Under the pieces are notes generated by a model. The model was not told the DNA's origin. It worked only from the letters and a program-made list of their open reading frames with translations, and did no database searches. From an uncultured candidate division Zixibacteria bacterium (GTDB lineage Bacteria > Zixibacteria > MSB-5A5 > GN15 > PGXB01), in contig OY969724.1 of assembly GCA_963702205.1 (NCBI GenBank), forward strand, positions 2,944,001-3,008,000: a stretch of DNA of 64,000 nt, written 5' to 3'. Every line of letters begins with the position of its first letter. The first letter of the stretch is position 1. Both the position numbers and the translations under genes were made by a program. Positions 39,947-48,864 of this stretch are shown here, piece after piece.

Positions 39947-41170
39947 ATGGCAAATTCCAAGCTAATCAAACCTCACGGTGCAGATGAGCTGAAAATTCTG
40001 CTGCTGGAAGGCAAAGCAAAGGAAGATGAACTCAAGAAGGCCAAAGGTCTTCCCAAAGTCGTCATGACGACCCGCGAAACCGGTGACCTTATCATGATGG
40101 GCATCGGCGGGTTCACCCCCCTCGAAGGATTCATGGGACAGGCCGACTGGAAGTCAGTCTGTGAAAACATGAAGCTCACCAACGGTACATTCTGGCCGAT
40201 TCCGGTGACTCTTTCGCACGATGAAAAAATTGCGGCGGGCACGGAAATCTGTCTGGTCTCCGGTGAGACCGATGAAATCATGGGCACCATGAAAGTGACC
40301 GAATCGTACCAGATCGACAAAGCTTTCGAGTGCAAACACGTCTTCACGACGACCGACGATAATCACCCCGGCGTCAAGGTGGTCAATGCACAGAAGGACT
40401 GGAACATCGCCGGACCGGTGAAAGTCCTTTCCGAAAGCTACTTCCCCACCGAGTTCAAGGGTATCTATCAGCGCCCGGCCGAAAGCCGCAAGATTTTCGA
40501 AGAAAAGGGCTGGAAGACAATAGCTGCCCTGCAGCTTCGTAATCCGATGCACCGTTCGCACGAATACCTGGCCAAGATCGCGATCGAAGTATCCGACGGC
40601 CTCTTCATTCACCAGCTGGTCGGTAAGCTGAAACCCGGCGACATCCCGGCTGAAGTCCGCGTAGACTGTATCAACACGCTGGTCGAGTACTACTTCGACA
40701 AGAACCGCGTTGTAACCGGTGGTTATCCTCTGGATATGCGCTATGCGGGACCGCGTGAAGGTCTGCTCCACGCCGTTTTCCGGCAGAACTTCGGCTGCAC
40801 GCACATGATTATCGGCCGCGACCACGCCGGTGTCGGCGACTATTACGGTCCGTTCGATGCCCAGGATATTTTCCACAAATTATGGGACGGTGCTCTCGAG
40901 TGCAAAATGCTCCCGATCGACTGGACCTTCTATTGCTACAAGTGCCAGGGCATGGCCTCGATGAAGACCTGTCCGCACGGTAAGGAAGATCGTCTGTTCC
41001 TGAGCGGCACGGCGCTGCGCAAGGCCCTGTCCGAGGGCGGCGACGTTCCGGCGGAGTTCTCTCGCCCCGAAGTGCTGTCGATTTTACGTGAATATTATGC
41101 AAGCATCAAAGATGAAGACAAGGTGGAAGTGAAGCTGCACGGTCACGCCACCGGTGATGCCAAGAGATGA
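39947..41170 (+). CDS. sat: Sulfate adenylyltransferase
   Basis: [34 protein letters not shown]...CPH. Confidence 0.97.
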   Translation: MANSKLIKPHGADELKILLLEGKAKEDELKKAKGLPKVVMTTRETGDLIMMGIGGFTPLEGFMGQADWKSVCENMKLTNGTFWPIPVTLSHDEKIAAGTEICLVSGETDEIMGTMKVTESYQIDKAFECKHVFTTTDDNHPGVKVVNAQKDWNIAGPVKVLSESYFPTEFKGIYQRPAESRKIFEEKGWKTIAALQLRNPMHRSHEYLAKIAIEVSDGLFIHQLVGKLKPGDIPAEVRVDCINTLVEYYFDKNRVVTGGYPLDMRYAGPREGLLHAVFRQNFGCTHMIIGRDHAGVGDYYGPFDAQDIFHKLWDGALECKMLPIDWTFYCYKCQGMASMKTCPHGKEDRLFLSGTALRKALSEGGDVPAEFSRPEVLSILREYYASIKDEDKVEVKLHGHATGDAKR

Positions 41171-41232
41171 CAATAAAAAAGGTTAATAAATTAAACTCAA
41201 TCCTGATCCAAGACGTTACAAGGAGGATTTAA

Positions 41233-41673
41233 ATGCCGAGTTTTGTAATCCCGGATAAGTGTGATGGGTGCAAAGCCTTGGACAAAACCGCCTGTCAGTA
41301 CATCTGCCCCAACGATCTCATGGTCCTGAACAAGGAAAAAATGAAAGCCTACAATCAGGAACCGGAGATGTGCTGGGAATGCTATAGCTGCGTAAAAATC
41401 TGCCCCGTTCAGGCGATTGAAGTACGCGGTTACGCGGATTTTGTACCGATGGGTGCCAATGTCACTCCGATGCGCTCCACCGACAGTATCATGTGGACGG
41501 TTAAATTCCGCAATGGTATCTTGAAGCGCTTCAAATTCCCCATTCGCACGACCGAAGAAGGTAAAGCGCAGCCGACGGGCGGTTATGGGACCGCTCACGA
41601 CAACCTGAACGACCAGGCCCTCGCTCAGGAACCGGAAGCGTTGAGATTAAACGAAGTTTACACCATCAAGTAA
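41233..41673 (+). CDS. aprB: Adenylylsulfate reductase beta subunit
   Basis: CDGCK...CQYICP, CWECYSCVKICP, KRFKFPIRTT. Confidence 0.97.
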   Translation: MPSFVIPDKCDGCKALDKTACQYICPNDLMVLNKEKMKAYNQEPEMCWECYSCVKICPVQAIEVRGYADFVPMGANVTPMRSTDSIMWTVKFRNGILKRFKFPIRTTEEGKAQPTGGYGTAHDNLNDQALAQEPEALRLNEVYTIK

Positions 41674-41694
41674 TGGTCAGAAGGAAAGGTTATT

Positions 41695-43618
41695 ATGCAG
41701 AATGTTGAGACTGTAGAAATCACCACTGATCTTCTGATTCTTGGTGGTGGTATGGCCGCCTGCGGTGCCGCCGTGGAAGCTTCCTACTGGGGTAAAAAGA
41801 ACAATGTCAAGATTACCCTGGTAGACAAGGCCGCGATGGAACGTTCCGGCGCCGTGGCGATGGGTCTTTCGGCCCTTAACCAGTATGTTGGCCTGCACGA
41901 AGGCAAAAACACGATCAAAGACTATGTCGATTACGTCCGCATGGACCTGATGGGTATCATTCGTGAAGACCTGGTCGCGAATATTGCCCGCCACGTCGAC
42001 TCGACCGTGCACCTGTTCGAAAAATGGGGTCTCCCCATCTGGACGGACGCCGAAGGCCGTTACGTGCACGAAGGTCGCTGGCAGCTCATGATCAACGGTG
42101 AATCCTATAAGGTCATCGTTGCTGAAGCCGCCAAAAACGCCCTGGCCGATGCCGGTGGCGAATATATTCGAGAGAATTTTCATCACCGAGCCGCTGCTCG
42201 ATGGCGACCGCATCGCCGGTGCCGTCGGCTTCAGCGTCCGTGAAAACAAGTTTTATGTTTTCCACGCCAAAGCCGTCGTCTGCTCCATGGGTGGTGCCGT
42301 TCACGTCTTCAAGCCGCGCAGCACCGGTGAAGGTCTCGGCCGCGCCTGGTATCCGCCGTGGAACTCCGGTTCCAGCGCCTACTTCACTCTGCGCGCCGGT
42401 GCCGAAATGACCTCACAGGAAGTCCGCTTCATCCCCGTCCGCTTTAAGGACGCCTATGGCCCCGTCGGTGCCTGGTTCCTGCTCTTCAAGTCGGCTGCCA
42501 CCAATGCTATGGGCGGCAACTACATGATCGAACGTCGCGACGAGTTGGAAAACTGGAAACCGTACGGTCTCGTCAAACCGATTCCGGCCAACCTCCGCAA
42601 CTGGCTGGGTATGCTCGATATTATGGAAGGTAAAGGCCCCATCTACATGAGGACCGAAGAAGCCATCCAGAAGATCGCCAACGAATCCGGTGACGAAAAA
42701 GCCGCCAAGAAGAAGCTCAAAGAACTCGAAGCCGAAGCCTGGGAAGACTTCCTCGATATGACCATTTCGCAGGCAATTCTCTGGGCCGCCAACAACGTCG
42801 AGCCCGAGAAGAGATCGTCTGAAATCGCCGCCGCCGAACCGTACTTCATCGGTTCGCACTCCGGTGCCTCCGGTGCCTGGGTCAGCGGTCCGGAAGACCT
42901 GCAGTCCAAAGATACCAGGGATGAATATTTCTGGGGATACGCCAACATGTCGACCGTCAAAGGTCTGTTCTGCGCGGGCGACGCCTCCGGCGCCTCATCC
43001 CACAAATTCTCCTCCGGTTCGCACGCTGAAGGTCGTATCGTCGGCAAGGCCGCCGTCAAGTTCATCGTTGAAAACAACACTCAGCCGAACGTCGACGCTG
43101 CCAAAGTCGAAGAATACAAGAAACTGGTTTATCAGCCGATGGAAACGTATGAAGCTCACAAGAACGACACTACGGATCCGGAAGTCAACCCGAACTACAT
43201 CAAGCCCAAAATGTTCATGTTCCGCCTTCAGAAGATCATGGACGAATACGTGGGCGGGGTTTCGGCCCAGTTTTCGACCAACGCCTCCGGCCTGGAACGC
43301 GCTCTCGAGCTGCTAACCTTCCTGAAGGAAGACTCCGAGAAGCTGGCCGCTGCCGATCTGCACGAACTGCTCCGCTGCTGGGAAAATATCCAGCGCATGT
43401 GGCAGGCCGAAGCTCATACCAGGACCATTCAGTTCCGTGAAGAAACGCGCTGGCCGGGATATTACCGCCGCTCGGACTTCCCGACCATGAATGAGAACGA
43501 CTGGCACGCTTTTGCCAACTGCCGCTGGGATCCCAACACCAGCGAGTGGGAAATGATCAAGCGCCCGATGAAGCATGTCTATCCTAAAGCTCAGGAACAC
43601 GAACTGCTGGGCGGCTGA
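41695..43618 (+). CDS. aprA: Adenylylsulfate reductase alpha subunit, with a +1 frameshift near 42167
   Basis: ERSGAVAMGLSA and WQLMINGESYK in one frame; GRAWYPPW, RFKDAYGPVGAW, EDFLDM, HKFSSGSHAEG and ETRWPGYY in the next. Confidence 0.95.
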
Positions 43619-43675
43619 TGAGTCCCGACACTGATTGGAATCGAAGTTTACCTTGATTCTGATTTGTTCATAAAT

Positions 43676-43707
43676 GTCCTCCGGGCGCCGGTCGCTCGGA
43701 GGACTTT
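43676..43707 (+). terminator. Terminator after aprA
   Basis: GTCCTCCGGGCG/CGCTCGGAGGAC stem followed by TTT. Confidence 0.65.
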
Positions 43708-43764
43708 AAATTTGCGGAACGGGACGGGATTAACGTATTTTAGGAAACTTAAACGGATGAGATT

Positions 43765-44052
43765 ATGAACGACAAAACCCGAAATAAAGATACCATTTGT
43801 CCCTACTGCAATAAACCAATGACCAAATGGATACCCCACATGGAATCCGGCTGGGATATGGAGATTCAGTACGTCTGTTTCAACGATGAATGTCCGTATT
43901 ACATCAAGGGCTGGGAATGGATGCGCGAGCAGTACAAACAAAAGGCCTCCTATCGTTTTCGTTATGACCCTCAAACCGGCGAGAAAGGCCCGTTACCGGT
44001 GGCCTCATCGCAGGCACATCGGGGTGGTATCGTCGAAGATTCCCAGGAGTAA
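43765..44052 (+). CDS. Small Zn-ribbon-like hypothetical protein
   Basis: CPYC...CFNDECPYY, with GAG RBS. Confidence 0.75.
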   Translation: MNDKTRNKDTICPYCNKPMTKWIPHMESGWDMEIQYVCFNDECPYYIKGWEWMREQYKQKASYRFRYDPQTGEKGPLPVASSQAHRGGIVEDSQE

Positions 44053-44058
44053 CAGAGT

Positions 44059-44924
44059 ATGGATGATAACAACAAAATGGACGATATCGCCCGCTTGAAA
44101 GAGGCTATATTGAAAGAATATCCCAGACTGCACAAAACCGACACTTTCAGGTTTCGCTGTCACAGCGGTGTCGCCTGCTTCAACGAATGCTGCGGAGATG
44201 TCAATATATTTCTGACTCCGTACGATATAATGCGTCTGAAAAATAACCTGGGAATAACTTCGCAGGAATTCATAGAAAAATATACTATCTCTCCCTTCGA
44301 TAAAAATCTGAAATACCCGGTTCTGCTTTTGAAGATGAACGATGACGATCGCAAGAGCTGCCCCTTTGTCGGTGAGGACGGCTGTTCCGTATACCGCGAC
44401 CGCCCCTGGGCCTGTCGGATGTACCCCTCGGGCTGGCCACCAGCCGCGAAAGTTCTCAGGTCATAGACAACGAGTTTTTCTTCCTGTTGCAGGAAGCCTC
44501 GTGCAAGGGCTTTTGCGAAGACCACGAGCAATCTATCGAGCAGTGGCTGACCAATCAGGGAATCGAAGAGTACAACGCCGCCGGAGAGGATTTCAAAGAT
44601 ATAACGCTGCATCCGCGCCTTCAGGAAGTGAAAGGCGGCTTGTCACCGCAGCAGGTGGGCATGTTCCATACGGCCTGTTACAATCTCGATAAATTCCGCA
44701 GCTTCGTTTTCGACAGCTCTTTCCTGGATAAGTTCGACGTCGATGCCGACACCATCGAGAAGATTAAAACCGACGACGAAGCTCTGTTGAAATTCGGTTA
44801 CAAGTGGATACGCTTTTCGATTTTTGGCGAACAAACGCTGAAAGTTAAAGATGACGTTTTTCGGATAAAAAAAGAAGAACTGGAGCAAAAGCTCAAAGAG
44901 AGACAAAAGCGCGAATCCAACTGA
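44059..44924 (+). CDS. YkgJ-family cysteine-cluster protein (QmoD/DVU0851-like), with a -1 frameshift at about 44425
   Basis: FRCHSGVACFNECC, LTPYD, CPFV...CSVY..RP.ACRMYP. Adding one C to the run at 44424-44427 joins the two ORFs (YPLGLA...FFLLQEASCKGF). Confidence 0.8.
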
Positions 44925-44960
44925 TCAATATTGCGATGGCCGGATGCGAAAAGCTTCCGG

Positions 44961-45650
44961 CTATTTTTTTATCTTAAAATCAAGAAAATCACAGACGTGC
45001 ATCGGTCGAAGAGATCCATCGTTTATATTATAAAATAATACTTCGGCAGTGTCTTTCGACAAATTATCAATGTGATTATCATCCACATTCTGATCAAGTG
45101 CCTTAAGTGCAAGGATGCCGTGCGCCCTGACTTTGGGATTCTGATCATTCAGCGAATTGGTGATCTCGGCCAGATGTAACATAGCGGCGTTAACTATGAA
45201 TTCTTTGTTGGGACAACTTTCGACCAGCCGCCAAATTGCCCACCGTACCCCCGCTTCAAATGGCTCTTCGTCCATGAAGGCAAATAGATTCGGAACGTAC
45301 TCACCGGTCAGATCGGGTGACCTGACAATTATTTCGGCGATAGCTTCGGGTGCGTTCCAGCATAGTCCGCCGGATTCGTCGTTCATCAGCCAGAACAACC
45401 GTCTGATTTGCCGCCGCACGGCTTCCAAGTCTTTCCGGCCGATTTTCGCTGCCACCAATCCCATAGCCTCGATCGCCCGCCATTGGATCAGCGGATCGGT
45501 ATCAAATAGCAGCGACGTAAGTGTCCGTTGAATGTTGGCCGATTTTTGAGCGGATATTACGACAGATTCCAAATCGTGATTTTTAAGAAAATCTCTTACC
45601 TGATCCTTACGGCGTACAACCGACGATTTGTTCGCGGGCGTTTGACTCAT
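44961..45650 (-). CDS. HEAT-repeat protein (DVU0298-like)
   Basis: WRAIEAMG, RRLFWLMNDESGGLCWNAPEAIAEI. Confidence 0.7.
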   Translation of the reverse strand: MSQTPANKSSVVRRKDQVRDFLKNHDLESVVISAQKSANIQRTLTSLLFDTDPLIQWRAIEAMGLVAAKIGRKDLEAVRRQIRRLFWLMNDESGGLCWNAPEAIAEIIVRSPDLTGEYVPNLFAFMDEEPFEAGVRWAIWRLVESCPNKEFIVNAAMLHLAEITNSLNDQNPKVRAHGILALKALDQNVDDNHIDNLSKDTAEVLFYNINDGSLRPMHVCDFLDFKIKK

Positions 45651-45658
45651 CGGCTGGG

Positions 45659-47194
45659 TTATTTGGCAGCCGTGACCGTTCCGCGATGCGAAGGCAGCTT
45701 TTTGAGAATTCTTATCTCAGGGATGACGCCGATCACCGGGACGCCCAGGATTTCCTCGACCTCATCGAGATTTTTGAACGAGCTGTCCATGATTTCCGAC
45801 AGCATCGCCGCCCCGGCGCCGATCGCCAAGCCCAGCAGTATCCCAAGAACCAAAATTTTAGGGCGGTCCGGAGTGAACGGTGCCAGAGGCACCTTAGCCG
45901 GTTCGATAACTTTATATTTTGATTCGCGCACCAGCGCCTGTGATATCTGCGAGCTTTCCTGCTGGTCCTTGAATTTATCTCTCAGGTCACGAGCCGCCGT
46001 GATCTCTCGTTCCACCTGATCCAGCGAGGCCTCGTATTCCGGAATCAGATTAATTTTGTGCAGCAAATCGGCCTGGGCCAGCTTGAGATTGTTTTCGCGT
46101 GTATACAGCACGTCGATATCGGCCCGCAGTGTAAATAATTGGGATAAAAGATTGCGGGTATTTTGATCATAGTCCGAGAACTGCTTGCCCACGAGTTCCT
46201 TAATTTCATCTTCGACCTGTCCGACCAAATTATACAGGCGCGTGTTGAAGGTTAAAACTTCCGGGGCTTTCCATTCATTGGTCTGCATCAATGTGGCAAT
46301 CGACCCGATAAGCTGCTTGATATCACCCTTCAGCCGGGTCAGCTTGCTCGATTCATCGAGGTTCAGCTTGCTCTTATTCAATCCCAGGTCGGCCAGTTGA
46401 CCGATAAGACCTTTTTCCTCATCGTTCTTGCTTTTTATATCAAGGTCCGTGGATTCGATTTCTGCGTCGATGGCCCGGCGGTTTTCATCGGAAATTACCG
46501 ACTCGTCGAGCTTAACCTGCATGTATTCTTTTTCGAGTGCCGTCTTGCGGTCAATTTTATCCTGCAAATCTTTTTCGTACCGTGACAATTGCTCGAACGA
46601 AAAGTCCTGCGATATGCGCACCGATCCGAGCTCCTGGCGCATTTTTTCGGTGATGAAAATATCGCCCAGATTCTGGGCCATGTCGCGAGCCTTATTGGGT
46701 TTGGTCGACGTGACTGAAATTTGCACCTGGTCACTGCCGGCGTACCCCACTTCGATTTTCTTTCTCAGGCTGTTGACGAGGTAATCCTGCTTTATCTGAT
46801 CCAGAGTCAGATCCGGCCTCGTTGATTGGGCCTTAACGGCCTTTTCCTTCAAAGCCGGGTCCTGGTCCAATTTCATCAGGGTGATTAATTGACCGAGGTA
46901 CGGCGTCGACGTAATCTCGTTCTGAAGGCTCTTGAGCTCCATCTGACGGTCGCGCTCGGTCCTCATCATCTGCTGGCCGCTGCCCAGCATACGCTGAAGA
47001 TCATTGGACAACTTGACCGGAGAACCGGTCCAAACGATAACGGATGACTCGTATTCGGGGGTTATCAGATACGATCCCGCAAACGTGGCCGCGGTTACAA
47101 GTATCATGGGAATAATTATAATCCACTTTCGTCGCCAGGCAACCTGGAGCAGATCATTTACGTCAAAGGCCTTTTTCTTGGCGGTATCAGCCAC
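45659..47194 (-). CDS. Polysaccharide chain-length determinant / co-polymerase (Wzc/GumC-like, no kinase domain)
   Basis: WRRKW plus TM helix, long coiled coil, VIEPAKVP..P..P plus TM helix, LGVPVIGVIP. Confidence 0.88.
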   Translation of the reverse strand: MADTAKKKAFDVNDLLQVAWRRKWIIIIPMILVTAATFAGSYLITPEYESSVIVWTGSPVKLSNDLQRMLGSGQQMMRTERDRQMELKSLQNEITSTPYLGQLITLMKLDQDPALKEKAVKAQSTRPDLTLDQIKQDYLVNSLRKKIEVGYAGSDQVQISVTSTKPNKARDMAQNLGDIFITEKMRQELGSVRISQDFSFEQLSRYEKDLQDKIDRKTALEKEYMQVKLDESVISDENRRAIDAEIESTDLDIKSKNDEEKGLIGQLADLGLNKSKLNLDESSKLTRLKGDIKQLIGSIATLMQTNEWKAPEVLTFNTRLYNLVGQVEDEIKELVGKQFSDYDQNTRNLLSQLFTLRADIDVLYTRENNLKLAQADLLHKINLIPEYEASLDQVEREITAARDLRDKFKDQQESSQISQALVRESKYKVIEPAKVPLAPFTPDRPKILVLGILLGLAIGAGAAMLSEIMDSSFKNLDEVEEILGVPVIGVIPEIRILKKLPSHRGTVTAAK

Positions 47195-47258
47195 AGTGCG
47201 TTACCTTTCGAAGGGGTTGTTCATGACCGAAATTATCATTTAAACGCCATCCCCGCCA

Positions 47259-48254
47259 TCAAATTTCCGTCCATGACAAATTTTCATCTATATGCAGCGG
47301 CTGAGCCCGAAGGTACTGAGTGGTTCTCATTTTCTGCTTGATATCCTTCATCACCCGTTCCACCTGGTCCGGCTTTAAACCCAAGACCTCCGCGGTGTCC
47401 TCCGCCGATACCCCGTTTTCCATGGCGTACCAAATCGGATCGAGTATCGGGAATTCCACACCGAAGAAAAAGTCGGTCTGGGTAACTTCGGCCGAGTAGG
47501 TATCGGTCGTAGGCGTGCGGCCCCTAATACCCTCGGGTATTTCCAAATAGTCGGCGATCTGGTAAACCTGCATTTTAAGCAGGTGTGCGATCGGCTTAAT
47601 ATCGGATCCGCCGTCGCCGTACTTCACAAAAAAGCCGAGCATATGCTCGTCCTTATTGCCGGTCCCGATCAGCGCCCGGTTGAGCCGTTCGGCGTGGTAG
47701 TAGCCCATCGCCATCCTTGTCCGCTGTTTGAAATTCGACGCGGCTACGATTTGAAGATATTCTTTCTTCGGCAACCGGATTTCCTTGACATCACCGTCGG
47801 GCGACTCGATAGTCAGCTTGAAAAAATTGAATCCTGCTTTTTCGAGGATATTGCTGCCCAGCGTAATTTTGTTCTTATACCCCGGCCCGAACTCGGGGAA
47901 AAGCTTCTTGATGGCTTCGTCGCGGCGACGATAGCAATCGAACCCTTCCAGGGCTCCGGAGATGTTTTCTTCGAGAAACTCTATCCCGAGGTGATCGGCC
48001 AGCTGCCCGGCCAGCGATTTCGATTCCGGCGCCGAATCCTTCTCCGGGAGCGCCAGACCGAGGACCTTATCGGGCCCCAGAGCTTTGGCGGCCAGCGCGG
48101 CACAAACCGAAGAATCCACGCCGCCGCTTATGGCCACAATTGCTCCCTCACGCTTTAAGTCTACCAAAATCTGTTTTTTAATAACATCAGCGATGCGCGA
48201 TGCTTCGGCGGCCGGATCGATATTGAGTGAATCCAGATTTAATTTCATAGGCAA
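47259..48254 (-). CDS. NH3-dependent NAD synthetase-like amide ligase (second NadE homologue)
   Basis: SGGVDSS, NFKQRTRM, GFFVKYGDG, PTTDTYS. Clustered with ACP and AsnB. Confidence 0.85.
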   Translation of the reverse strand: MPMKLNLDSLNIDPAAEASRIADVIKKQILVDLKREGAIVAISGGVDSSVCAALAAKALGPDKVLGLALPEKDSAPESKSLAGQLADHLGIEFLEENISGALEGFDCYRRRDEAIKKLFPEFGPGYKNKITLGSNILEKAGFNFFKLTIESPDGDVKEIRLPKKEYLQIVAASNFKQRTRMAMGYYHAERLNRALIGTGNKDEHMLGFFVKYGDGGSDIKPIAHLLKMQVYQIADYLEIPEGIRGRTPTTDTYSAEVTQTDFFFGVEFPILDPIWYAMENGVSAEDTAEVLGLKPDQVERVMKDIKQKMRTTQYLRAQPLHIDENLSWTEI

Positions 48255-48410
48255 ATTCCAATCTTCTCATTTCAGGAACTTATTCAGTATTTCGTCATTA
48301 TACCGATAATTATATACGTATTATCGGTCTTCAAGACAAAAATATATTGCCTTATGGGCGGAGCAAGTATAAAATTCTAACTAATTAAGATATATGGAGA
48401 AAGATGGAAG

Positions 48411-48662
48411 ATGGAAAAGGCAAAGATAGAAGCAAAAATAAAGCAGTTTATTCAATCCAATTTTATATTCGAGGAATCGCTGGTCCTCGCCAAAGATCAA
48501 TCCCTTTTGGACAGCGGCATTATTGACTCCACCGGGGTCCTGGAATTGGTCAATTTTCTGGAAGAGAATTTCGGCTTTTCGGTCAACGACGAAGAACTCA
48601 TTCCGGATAATCTTGATTCAATAGATAATATAGCGACCTTTGTCCAGACAAAACTCGCCTGA
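48411..48662 (+). CDS. Acyl carrier protein
   Basis: SLLDSGIIDSTGVLELV (phosphopantetheine Ser), ELIPDNLDSI. Confidence 0.92.
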   Translation: MEKAKIEAKIKQFIQSNFIFEESLVLAKDQSLLDSGIIDSTGVLELVNFLEENFGFSVNDEELIPDNLDSIDNIATFVQTKLA

Positions 48663-48831
48663 TGAAGACTGTCAATGATTTCCTGTACAAATCCGCCCGA
48701 AGACTACCCGACAAAACAGCCCTGGTTTTGAAGGACAACGTCACAACAACCCCGAAGACCTTATGGTCCCGCAGTTGGTTGAATTCGTTGAAAGCCTTCC
48801 GATTTCGGGGTTCGGCAAAATCAAACGATAA
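48662..48831 (+). pseudogene. AMP-dependent ligase relic: first ~26 codons fused out of frame to the last ~30 codons
   Basis: MKTVNDFLYKSARRLPDKTALV..., then in another frame from 48739 RHNNPEDLMVPQLVEFVESLPISGFGKIKR* (A10-type motif). Confidence 0.75.
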
Positions 48832-48864
48832 AAAAACCACGGTAAAATTAAATTCAATTTAAAG

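Noticed and set aside
42160..42180. Programmed frameshifting or phase variation in aprA, dsrP, phoB or pstC
   Set aside because: No slippery heptamers or long repeat tracts. Scattered single indels fit sequencing error better.
43607..43621. AprA ending LLGG-TGA-TGA as possible Sec or a ubiquitin-like GG tail
   Set aside because: Tandem stops, no Cys-equivalent position and no convincing SECIS. It reads as an ordinary variable C-terminus.
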